From assembly GCA_964454905.1 (NCBI GenBank), contig CAYVTR010000005.1, forward strand, positions 6,876 through 70,875: 64,000 bases of DNA, in the 5' to 3' direction. A program made the translations under genes and the position numbers. Of this stretch, positions 1-8,080 are shown one piece after another; the stretch's first letter is position 1; each line of letters opens with the position of its first letter. The stretch is from an uncultured Woeseia sp. (lineage in GTDB: Bacteria; Pseudomonadota; Gammaproteobacteria; Steroidobacterales; UBA11654). A model generated the notes under the pieces. That model saw only the letters and a list, made by a program, of their open reading frames with translations. It had not been told where the DNA came from and did no database searches.

Positions 1-1
1 A

Positions 2-208
2 GATAATGATATGAGGCTAACAGGCCTTCATGAAACCCAAAGCATTGACGTTTTTTCATATGGCGTTAGTGACAGAGGGGCAAGCATCAGAATTCCAATA
101 TACACGGTTGAAAACAACTGGAACGGCTACCTTGAGGACAGAAGGCCAGCCTCTAACGCTGACCCATATAAGATTATCGAACACATTGTCGGAACACTAA
201 CAAGGTAA
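2..208 (+). CDS. glnII: glutamine synthetase type II (eukaryote-like GSII), C-terminal fragment; 5' end lies outside the window
   Basis: Frame is open to the window edge. C-terminal motifs [12 protein letters not shown] and [12 protein letters not shown] match GSII rather than GlnA/GSI. Confidence 0.8.
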   Translation, partial: DNDMRLTGLHETQSIDVFSYGVSDRGASIRIPIYTVENNWNGYLEDRRPASNADPYKIIEHIVGTLTR

Positions 209-234
209 AAAACAAAGGGCCCTGAAAAGGGCCC
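205..234 (-). terminator. putative rho-independent terminator downstream of pyrD
   Basis: Self-complementary GGGCCC (217-222), loop TGAAAA, GGGCCC (229-234). On the minus strand the hairpin is followed by TTTGTTTTTT. It lies in the 35-bp gap between two convergent genes. Confidence 0.5.
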
Positions 235-243
235 CCTTATCGG

Positions 244-1176
244 TTACTTGATAAGGTCGCCAACCAGATTATCTATAGAGGCATAGCCGTTTGTTTCTAA
301 GTAGCTAGAGATGCCTTTGTTAATTTTATCGCACACCAGAGGATCAAAAAACAAAGCAGTACCAACACCAACGGTTGTTGCGCCAGCTAATAAAAACTCA
401 ATAGCGTCTTCAGCCGAAGAAACACCACCCTGACCTAAAATAGGGATCCCGTGTTTTTTTGTAACTTGGTACACATCAAAAACCTTTTTTAAAGCAATTG
501 GTTTTATGGCCGGCCCAGAAAGCCCCCCCGCGTTGTTTCCTAAAACAGTGGCTCTAGAGTTAATATCTATAGCCATTCCCGTAATCGTGTTAATCACAGA
601 CAGCGAGTCACTTCCCGCTTCAATACATAACCGGGCATTAAGCTGTATGTCCGCCTGATTTGGTGAGAGCTTGGTAATGATTGGTTTTGAGGTTACTTTT
701 TTGCAGGCGGCCACAACGCGAGCTGACATTTCAGGGTCGTTGCCAAACTCCATCCCGCCCTCTTTAACGTTTGGACACGAGATATTAAGCTCAATTGCTG
801 CGACGGAAGATTGGTCAAAAATCCTAGTAACCTCAACATATTCATCAACAGTTGAGCCAGAAACGTTTGCAATATAGTTGGTTTCTAGTGGCTCAAGACT
901 AGGGAGAATATTGTTAACAACCTCTTTTGCCCCTGGGTTTTGCAGCCCTATAGAGTTAAGCATTCCAGAAGGGGTTTCTATCACCCGATGGGGGTTGTTT
1001 CCAAGCCTTGGTTTTAGGGTTGTTCCTTTTAAAACCGCGCCACCCACAGCCTTATTTGAAAACCCTTCAAGCCGCGTATACTCATCCCCAAAGCCCACAC
1101 ACCCAGACAGCAGCACAATAGGAGAGGCCATATTAAGGCCTAAAAATTCTGTTGAAATTATGTTTTTACTAACCAT
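244..1176 (-). CDS. pyrD: dihydroorotate dehydrogenase, class 1 (catalytic Cys type)
   Basis: 310 aa. Motifs SGCVGFG, NSIGLQNPG and NISCPNV (Cys catalytic base, class 1), plus a GGV..AEDAIEF C-terminal FMN-binding region. Confidence 0.9.
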   Translation of the reverse strand: MVSKNIISTEFLGLNMASPIVLLSGCVGFGDEYTRLEGFSNKAVGGAVLKGTTLKPRLGNNPHRVIETPSGMLNSIGLQNPGAKEVVNNILPSLEPLETNYIANVSGSTVDEYVEVTRIFDQSSVAAIELNISCPNVKEGGMEFGNDPEMSARVVAACKKVTSKPIITKLSPNQADIQLNARLCIEAGSDSLSVINTITGMAIDINSRATVLGNNAGGLSGPAIKPIALKKVFDVYQVTKKHGIPILGQGGVSSAEDAIEFLLAGATTVGVGTALFFDPLVCDKINKGISSYLETNGYASIDNLVGDLIK

Positions 1177-1185
1177 ACTGAGGCA

Positions 1186-1650
1186 ATGTTAAACATTGTA
1201 CTACACCAGCCGGAAATTCCACCAAACACAGGAAACATTATACGACTTTGTGCTAACACGGGCGTCAACCTACACTTAATACATCCACTAGGCTTTGAGA
1301 TGACAAAGAAAAGCTTACGACGAGCAGCGCTTGATTATAAAGAGTTTGCCCAAGTAACAGACCACAACAACCTAGGCGAGCTAAAACAACACTTTCCAAA
1401 CAAAAAATATTATGCGGTCTCAACAAAAGGCAGCACACCACTATATAAAACAAGGTTTAAGAGAGGCGATATCTTATTGTTTGGCAACGAAACAAAAGGG
1501 CTCCCCCCAGAAGCCCTGACTTCAGAAGACTGTCTTGATGTTATTAGAATACCTATGGCGCAAAGCTCCAGAAGCATTAACCTTTCAAACGCAGTTGCAA
1601 TAGTTTTGTTTGAGGCGCTGCGACAGCTTAATTACCGAGGATTACTTTAG
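1186..1650 (+). CDS. trmL: tRNA (cytidine/uridine-2'-O)-methyltransferase, SpoU/TrmL family
   Basis: 154 aa. N-terminal IVLHQPEIPPNTGNIIR, then LLFGNETKGLP and RSINLSNAVAIVLFEALRQ (SPOUT knot motifs). Confidence 0.85.
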   Translation: MLNIVLHQPEIPPNTGNIIRLCANTGVNLHLIHPLGFEMTKKSLRRAALDYKEFAQVTDHNNLGELKQHFPNKKYYAVSTKGSTPLYKTRFKRGDILLFGNETKGLPPEALTSEDCLDVIRIPMAQSSRSINLSNAVAIVLFEALRQLNYRGLL

Positions 1651-2642
1651 ATCTCACCTTTTATCGGCCTTAGCATTAACTCTTCCGCTATTTTGTTGAC
1701 ATCAGAACCCCCATATAGAACTTGATAAACAGCAAACATAATTGGCTGTTGATCAGTAACGATATTTTTTTCAACAAGGGTTTTTATAGCATGAGCCCCT
1801 TCTGGGACACTGTTTTGTTGAGTTGTGGCTTCTTTTAAAGACAAACCTTTCCCAATTGATAGCCCCAAAAGTCTGTTTCTTGACTGATCGTCTGTGCAAC
1901 TAAGCACCAAATCACCCATGCCAGATAAACCCATAAACGTTTTTTCATCGCCGCCCAATTTTTTGCCAAGCAACTTAATTTCACTGAGCCCCCTGGTCAC
2001 TAGCGCCGCTCTTGCGTTGGCCCCCATTTTTAAAGCATCAGAAACTCCAGCAGCAATAGCAATTATGTTTTTTAGTCCACCACCCAGCTGCACCCCGGTA
2101 GGGTCGTCCGATAAATAAACACGCAGACTTTTGTTTGACATTTGTTTGGCTAACACAGCAGGGCTATGGATGTTGCTCGTTGCTAAAGTAATGGCAGCAG
2201 GCCTGCCTTCAGCAAGCTCTCTAGCAAAAGTTGGGCCAGAGATCACAGCGTACGGTGTTGTTTTACCCAGAGCTTTTTCAACAACCGTAGAAAAAAGCCC
2301 GCCAGTTTCTGGATCAAAGCCTTTGGTGGCCCAGAAGAAGTTCTTGTTCCCTATTGTTTCTTTAAACAAAGAAACGGCATCTAAAAAATAAGGGCTTTTA
2401 ACACAAACAACAACAGAACCAACCTGTTCTACCAAGCTGTTTGCGTAGGGTTCCACGCTTATTTCTTTTGGTAACATAAAGCCAGGCAAATATTTTTTAT
2501 TTTCTTGGTGATGTTTTATGTTCAGCAGGTTGTTTTTGTCAAACGAACTCAAAATAACTTTTTGACTTGACCGAGACAACTGTGTTGCTATAGCGGTGCC
2601 CCAAGCGCCAGCCCCATAAACTAAAAACGAACCGTTTGACAT
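1647..2642 (-). CDS. gpsA: NAD(P)H-dependent glycerol-3-phosphate dehydrogenase
   Basis: 331 aa. N-terminal GAGAWGTA Rossmann motif, then GPTFA.E and GLKN..A motifs. Sits in the conserved secB-gpsA position. Confidence 0.92.
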   Translation of the reverse strand: MSNGSFLVYGAGAWGTAIATQLSRSSQKVILSSFDKNNLLNIKHHQENKKYLPGFMLPKEISVEPYANSLVEQVGSVVVCVKSPYFLDAVSLFKETIGNKNFFWATKGFDPETGGLFSTVVEKALGKTTPYAVISGPTFARELAEGRPAAITLATSNIHSPAVLAKQMSNKSLRVYLSDDPTGVQLGGGLKNIIAIAAGVSDALKMGANARAALVTRGLSEIKLLGKKLGGDEKTFMGLSGMGDLVLSCTDDQSRNRLLGLSIGKGLSLKEATTQQNSVPEGAHAIKTLVEKNIVTDQQPIMFAVYQVLYGGSDVNKIAEELMLRPIKGEI

Positions 2643-2643
2643 A

Positions 2644-3114
2644 TTAGTTGGGTTTTTGTTTTGCCGCTTCCTCTATCGCCTGAGAGTAAAGTGCGTCAAA
2701 GTTTATAGGTTGGAGAAGGAGAGCGGGAAACCCACCCTTGGTTACCAAAGAAGCAACCAACTCCCTAATAAAAGGAAACAGGGTATTGGGGCAAAAAACC
2801 GCAATAAGCCCCTTAACCTCTTCTTCGCTATAGCCCTTGATTAAAAAAACACCACCCTGCTCAATCTCAGCCACAAACATTGTTTTTTCACCATAGATCG
2901 ATTCAACCTTGACTTTAAGTTGAACATCATAAGAGTCGTCCCCTATTTTATTGTGGGTGTTTGAAAGGTTTATTTTTGTTTCTGGAGAAATGTCAGTCTC
3001 CAAAAAAACCTCGGGACTGTTGGGCGCTTCAAATGAGACATCTTTTATATACATGGTTTGAAGGGCAACAACCTTTTCTGTTGTTTCTTCTTTTATGTTT
3101 TGTTCTTCCGCCAT
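2644..3114 (-). CDS. secB: protein-export chaperone SecB
   Basis: SecB-like sequence (YIKDVSFEAPNSP, CPNTLFPFIRE). I chose the ATG at 3114, which is preceded by AAGGAG. The longer tracked ORF (to 3183) would overlap the upstream gene. Confidence 0.9.
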   Translation of the reverse strand: MAEEQNIKEETTEKVVALQTMYIKDVSFEAPNSPEVFLETDISPETKINLSNTHNKIGDDSYDVQLKVKVESIYGEKTMFVAEIEQGGVFLIKGYSEEEVKGLIAVFCPNTLFPFIRELVASLVTKGGFPALLLQPINFDALYSQAIEEAAKQKPN

Positions 3115-3127
3115 AATATCTCCTTGG

Positions 3128-3544
3128 TTATTTGTTGTTTGAACTAACAGGCAATGACACGAGCTCCCACGCAGCCTGCCCACCTTTTATATAAAAGACA
3201 TTGTCTAGGTTTTTTTTTCTTAATGACAGACTTGTTTTTTTACTAACACCACCGCTATCACAGACCAAGAGCATCGGGTTCTTTTTGTTATGTTTGTCTG
3301 CTGTAAGGTTTTCCGGCTCAATATTTGTTGCCCCAAGAATGTGTTTTTGACTATAAGAGTCTGGTTTTCTGAGGTCATAAACCACAGCATTCTGGTTTAT
3401 CATTTTTACTGCCTCGATAGGCGTGAGCCCACAAACATCACCCTCTTTAATTTTTAACTCATTAAAAACAGCCAACAAAAAAACACCCATAGTGCCACTA
3501 ACCAGCAGGGTATTATTGTTTATAAACTCTAATATTTCACCCAT
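3128..3544 (-). CDS. yibN: rhodanese-domain inner-membrane protein (YibN-like)
   Basis: 138 aa. N-terminal TM helix, rhodanese fold with active-site loop CDSGGVS, and the same position upstream of secB-gpsA as E. coli yibN. Confidence 0.75.
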   Translation of the reverse strand: MGEILEFINNNTLLVSGTMGVFLLAVFNELKIKEGDVCGLTPIEAVKMINQNAVVYDLRKPDSYSQKHILGATNIEPENLTADKHNKKNPMLLVCDSGGVSKKTSLSLRKKNLDNVFYIKGGQAAWELVSLPVSSNNK

Positions 3545-3965
3545 CCGTAGCTAAACCTTCTTTAATTCTTTTTGCTACAAGAGCAAGGACTTTTGGTTCC
3601 TCAACACTCGATGGGTGAGGCTGAAACGGGGCCTCGATGTAAACAGGTATAACATGCATATGATAATGAAAAACAGTTTGGCCAGCTGTACTGCCGTTAA
3701 GTTGGGTAATAATAACCCCGGAAGGATCAAGGGACTGTTTAATTGCCTCAGCAATTTTTTTTGTGGTTTTTGAAACAGCCACCAAATACTCATTATCCAT
3801 CTCAAAAATGTTGGTTGCTTTTGTTTTGGGGATTACCAATGTGTGTCCTTTGGCTACCGGCATTATATCCATAAAAGCAAGGGTCTTGTCATCTTCATAA
3901 ACCCGGTGAGCCGGCATTTCTTCTAAAAGAATTTTTGCAAACACGTTGTTTTCGTCATAACCCAT
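3537..3965 (-). CDS. HIT (histidine triad) family nucleotide hydrolase
   Basis: 142 aa. Histidine triad motif HYHMHVIP. Confidence 0.85.
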   Translation of the reverse strand: MGYDENNVFAKILLEEMPAHRVYEDDKTLAFMDIMPVAKGHTLVIPKTKATNIFEMDNEYLVAVSKTTKKIAEAIKQSLDPSGVIITQLNGSTAGQTVFHYHMHVIPVYIEAPFQPHPSSVEEPKVLALVAKRIKEGLATDG

Positions 3966-3970
3966 AATAA

Positions 3971-4267
3971 TTACTCAGACCCTTGATAAACCCCTATGTT
4001 GTAAATTCCTGTGCCCTCTCTTTTTGGTTTTATAACGCTGTATTCAACGCTTTCCCAAAAAGCATGCAAAGACTCAATATCAGGAAACCTGGTGATAATA
4101 ACACTTTTGTTAGCTAACATCTCACCCTCATATACCTCACTTGCAGGCCCCCTTGTAACATAAGAGCCTCCAAACTTTTTGATAAGCTCAGCAGACTGTT
4201 GAGCGTACTCTTTTAATTCGTTGCTCATGTTTGTTATTTCACAAACTGAAACTAAATAAACAGACAT
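3971..4267 (-). CDS. DUF1330 domain protein
   Basis: 98 aa. Size and pattern (V.V.I.... Y...... GG.Y..RG...EV.EG......V...FP....) resemble the DUF1330 family. Confidence 0.6.
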   Translation of the reverse strand: MSVYLVSVCEITNMSNELKEYAQQSAELIKKFGGSYVTRGPASEVYEGEMLANKSVIITRFPDIESLHAFWESVEYSVIKPKREGTGIYNIGVYQGSE

Positions 4268-4381
4268 AAATTACTCCAAAATATAAACTACCCATTATCC
4301 ACTGTTTTTAAGTTGATCTCTAGGTGTCTAGTGGCTACAAAGAGCTATTAAAAGTTTTTATATCAGTTTAGAGTATGGCGT

Positions 4382-4912
4382 ATGGATTCTTTTGAACTTA
4401 AGTTTTGCCCGGTTTGTTCTTCGCCACTAACGGACACCATAGAAGGCGGCATAACACGAAAAAGCTGCACAAAACCAAGTTGTGAATACGTTCATTGGAA
4501 CAACCCTACACCAGTGCTTGCCGCTATTGCTCATCGCAAAGACGAAGTAATATTAATCCAATCCATGGGCTGGCCAAAACATTGGTATGGCCTTATTACA
4601 GGGTTTCATGAAGCTGGCGAGACAGCTGAAGAGGGTGTTTTAAGGGAGGTAAAAGAGGAAACAGGGTTAAATGGCGAGGTTAAATCATTGGTCGGCGTTT
4701 ATAGCTTTCTACAAATGAACCAAGTGATTATTGCTTACGACGTCCTGATTGAAGAGGGCGAGATAATATTAGACCGAACAGAGTTGGTGGACTACAAGAT
4801 CATCAAAACCAAAGACATCAGACCTTGGCCAAGCGGGACAGGACAGGCAGTAAAAGACTGGTTAGCCAAACAAGGAACAACCAACAAAGAATTGGCTTTT
4901 AGAAAAAAATAA
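4382..4912 (+). CDS. NUDIX hydrolase with N-terminal Cys4 zinc ribbon
   Basis: 176 aa. CPVC...C..PSC at the N-terminus. Nudix box GFHEAGETAEEGVLREVKEETGL. Confidence 0.85.
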   Translation: MDSFELKFCPVCSSPLTDTIEGGITRKSCTKPSCEYVHWNNPTPVLAAIAHRKDEVILIQSMGWPKHWYGLITGFHEAGETAEEGVLREVKEETGLNGEVKSLVGVYSFLQMNQVIIAYDVLIEEGEIILDRTELVDYKIIKTKDIRPWPSGTGQAVKDWLAKQGTTNKELAFRKK

Positions 4913-4939
4913 ACCCCCACGAAGGAGGCTTATTTTTTT
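4903..4939. terminator. putative bidirectional terminator between the NUDIX gene and the TonB-dependent receptor gene
   Basis: CCCCC (4914-4918), loop ACGAA, GGAGG (4924-4928). Flanked by an A-run at 4903-4909 and a T-run at 4933-4939. On the minus-strand RNA the stem has a G-U pair and a good T tract; on the plus strand it has one C-A mismatch. Confidence 0.5.
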
Positions 4940-4953
4940 ATTAGGGCTTTTTG

Positions 4954-7900
4954 TTAAAAGCTGTACTTGACCCTTATTCCAACCTGTCTAGGATCAGGAA
5001 TGCTTGCGTACCAAGCGTTACCGATACTTGGTGCCGCATGGACACTAGGCGCAAACATTTTCCCGTTCGGGTTTTGCCCAGGGACAAAACAACCGCCACT
5101 CACACCACCGCCACCAGGGACATTTTCTCCACCAGGGAACAAGGCGCAATCAGTAAACACCATACCAAACCTAAAGTCTGAGTTACCAATATCAGGGCCG
5201 TTACCGCCAGAAATTACAGTGTCATCATCAAGTAAGTTTTTAACATAAAGAATGCCTTCCCAGCTGCCTTTTGAGATACCCGCCCTAAAGTCAAGCCTCC
5301 AGTATTCTTTAAACCAGGCATTGTTATCAAAATCAACCGCACGATCATCTTGGTATCTGGCATTAAGCTCGGTAAAAAACATAGCGCCGGTATCCCTCAG
5401 CTCGTCAGAATAATTTAGATTAATATTGGCCGCATGTTTTGGCGCCCTTTCAAAGACATTACCGGTTCTATCAATAACACAGGTTTTCTCACCACCTACT
5501 GTGGTTAAGCTACAGTTACCGGCACGAGATATTTCTCCAGCACCAGTAGAAGTGAGCTTAAAGTCAGTGTATTTAGAGTCCAGATAAGAGTAACCGCCTG
5601 TCAAAGTAACTTGGTCATTGATAGCAAGAGCTAAGTCAATCTCTGCCCCAAAAACCTCACCACCGGCCGCATTTTTTATAACGTTTCCAAGCGAATTACC
5701 AATAACTCTTTGGACACTAACCTGTCGGTCTGTGTAGTCTTCGAAGAAGAGAGCTCCGTTAAGCCTTAAAGAACCGTCTCGTAAAACAGACTTAAAACCA
5801 AGCTCGAAAACATCCATAATTTCTTCATCAAATAGAATTTCTTCTGGGTTTCCATCAGCGTTAGGGTCTAAGCTGAAAGCACCAATGGCCAAAGTTGAAA
5901 ACCCACCCGGTTTTCTAGCCTCAGCAAAAGATCCGAAAATCAAAACATCGTCACTAATTTGATAACTAAGAGTTAGTTTTGGCGATACATATTGTCCACC
6001 AGTCCTAAAAGTTGTTTCCTTCATTGGAAGCGGCGCAAAACCCCTCCAACCAGCAGGAACATTAGCTGGGATTTGAACAAACGCCATACCAACGTAATCA
6101 CACCGCGCACCAGAACCACAAACCGAGACAGAACCAGGGCCACCAGATGGGGCATCAATACAGTCTACATATGGGTTATTAGGACAACTGTCAACACCAA
6201 AATTACCGTTGTAAACAGGGCCCGTCATTTTTTCACGTTCATCAGTCCAACGCATCTCTAGAGATGCTGACATTTTTTCAGAGAAGTTATAATCAAACAT
6301 TGTGTATAAGGACGCATGGTTTGTGTCTCTGATGTTAGGGGTAATTGGCCTTGCCGCACCTAGTGCATCAGCATAAGGAGCAATGTCTCTGTCGGTATAA
6401 CCACAAGGGCCTTGGAAATAAGATAAACCAAGATCTTCAACTTTTACCACATTACCAAAATAGTCTCTTGTAAGCCTAATAAAACAGCGCGAACCATGGG
6501 CCATGCCTGTGATATTGTTTGAGTTTTGTGTCATTTTTTCGTGCCAATATAGAGCACCTGCCGACATATTAAAAGGGCCATCGCTTTTGGTAGATAACCT
6601 AAACTCCTGACTAAACAGCTTAGTTGGTCCCCAAACATTAAATTCAACCATATGCCAAGGTAAGACCTCTTTGTCAATATCGTATTGTTGAGATACATCC
6701 ATGTTTGCTATATGAGTCCATGAGTTAAAGTCTACGGTCTCACCAGAGTAACCAACATTAATTTGGGCCCTTGACCCTTCTTTTGTTGAGCCAAACATAT
6801 CCCTGCCAGCGTTGTAACCTCCATGCGCTAGGTTGCGATCAAAAGCAATGGTTAGGTCATCTCCGTCTGGGAAATAGCCGTCATAATCCCGATGCTCCAT
6901 GTCATCAAAATGACCCATGTAATTGATCCCTGTGTTTCTGTCAACATTGGTTCCCGTGCTTCCGTAACCAACTTGCGTGGCATCTGGAATCATAGGCCCA
7001 CCTGGGAACGCTGGTTTCAATGGGTACCAAGGAGAGGCAAAGGGAATTAACCCAGCTTGTGCTGGAGTAAAAGCCATTACATGCTCAAACCACATGGCAT
7101 CATTATCACAACTTGCATCACGAACAAAACCACCGTTACATTTGCTTGCAGCTTGCGGCACTGGCCGTATAACATTTCCAAGAACTTTTGCTTGGGCAGG
7201 CGCGTCATACTCGTCACTCACATAGTCGAGACGAGTTTTAATACTTAACCTGTCATTCGGTTCAATAAGAAACGTAAGTGAAGCACCAACACCTTCACCG
7301 CCGCCCACATTAGCCCCGGTGTGAGAGTTCTGGTGAAAACCATCAAAGTCCCACGCTAGAGCGTTAAACCGAAACCCCATAGTGTCTGATATTGGACCAG
7401 AAGAACTCAACCTTGCTTCATGAAAACCGTCTTGGGCAACATCAAGGCTTGCAGTGTTTGTAAACGATTCTGAAGGGTCCTTGGTTACGTATTGAATCGC
7501 ACCAGCAAAAGCTGTTCTTCCATAAAGAGCCACTTGTGGCCCCTTAACAATCTCAACCCTTTCAATGTCCATCATTCTAGGAGATATTAAAGAGGACGAC
7601 CCAGCTGTACCCATGGTCTCACTGGAGATGTCAACACCATCAAAAATATTGGCAACAACAGGGCGTCCACGCATGTTGATAATACCCCGTATTGCGATCC
7701 TAACATCATCTGGAGCAAACCCTTTGTCATAAGTTAATGACGGATCCAGTTTGGTGACATCACTAAGATCTGTGATTCCCAGGCGCTCAAGCGTTTCCCC
7801 TTGAATGGCTGTAACTGATATAGCAACATCTTGTAAATTTTCCTCTTTTTTACGCGCCGTGACCACCAATTCCTCAAGCACTTGAGAAAAAAGGTTTGGA

Positions 7901-7956
7901 GTCGCGATAAATATTGCGAGACTAGCTCCCACAATGAAACGATTAATGTGTTTCAT
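4954..7956 (-). CDS. TonB-dependent outer-membrane receptor
   Basis: About 1000 aa. Signal peptide, TonB-box/plug region (EELVVTARKKEENLQDVAISVTAI), long beta-barrel, terminal aromatic ...RVKYSF. Start taken at MKHINRF (7956), preceded by GGGGGAGAA. Confidence 0.9.
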   Translation of the reverse strand: MKHINRFIVGASLAIFIATPNLFSQVLEELVVTARKKEENLQDVAISVTAIQGETLERLGITDLSDVTKLDPSLTYDKGFAPDDVRIAIRGIINMRGRPVVANIFDGVDISSETMGTAGSSSLISPRMMDIERVEIVKGPQVALYGRTAFAGAIQYVTKDPSESFTNTASLDVAQDGFHEARLSSSGPISDTMGFRFNALAWDFDGFHQNSHTGANVGGGEGVGASLTFLIEPNDRLSIKTRLDYVSDEYDAPAQAKVLGNVIRPVPQAASKCNGGFVRDASCDNDAMWFEHVMAFTPAQAGLIPFASPWYPLKPAFPGGPMIPDATQVGYGSTGTNVDRNTGINYMGHFDDMEHRDYDGYFPDGDDLTIAFDRNLAHGGYNAGRDMFGSTKEGSRAQINVGYSGETVDFNSWTHIANMDVSQQYDIDKEVLPWHMVEFNVWGPTKLFSQEFRLSTKSDGPFNMSAGALYWHEKMTQNSNNITGMAHGSRCFIRLTRDYFGNVVKVEDLGLSYFQGPCGYTDRDIAPYADALGAARPITPNIRDTNHASLYTMFDYNFSEKMSASLEMRWTDEREKMTGPVYNGNFGVDSCPNNPYVDCIDAPSGGPGSVSVCGSGARCDYVGMAFVQIPANVPAGWRGFAPLPMKETTFRTGGQYVSPKLTLSYQISDDVLIFGSFAEARKPGGFSTLAIGAFSLDPNADGNPEEILFDEEIMDVFELGFKSVLRDGSLRLNGALFFEDYTDRQVSVQRVIGNSLGNVIKNAAGGEVFGAEIDLALAINDQVTLTGGYSYLDSKYTDFKLTSTGAGEISRAGNCSLTTVGGEKTCVIDRTGNVFERAPKHAANINLNYSDELRDTGAMFFTELNARYQDDRAVDFDNNAWFKEYWRLDFRAGISKGSWEGILYVKNLLDDDTVISGGNGPDIGNSDFRFGMVFTDCALFPGGENVPGGGGVSGGCFVPGQNPNGKMFAPSVHAAPSIGNAWYASIPDPRQVGIRVKYSF

Positions 7957-8080
7957 GCATTCTCCCCCTTTTAGATATAACATAAGTTAATACAGTATAA
8001 CAATGTAACCGAGCAACTAAGAAAATCCAATTAAAAATACAAGAATAATTAAGATATTGTTGTTATTTAACAAAAATCAC

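Noticed and set aside
3115-3183. N-terminal extension of the SecB ORF (MGRLRGSSCHC…) overlapping the yibN 3' end.
   Set aside because: The ATG at 3114 has an AAGGAG ribosome-binding site and gives a normal SecB N-terminus. The extension has no SecB counterpart.
4295-4303. Isolated DnaA-box-like 9-mers: TTATCCACT at 4295-4303 and TTATCCATA at 27972-27980.
   Set aside because: They are single one-mismatch hits in promoter regions, with no clustering or AT-rich unwinding tract. Such hits are expected by chance in AT-rich DNA.
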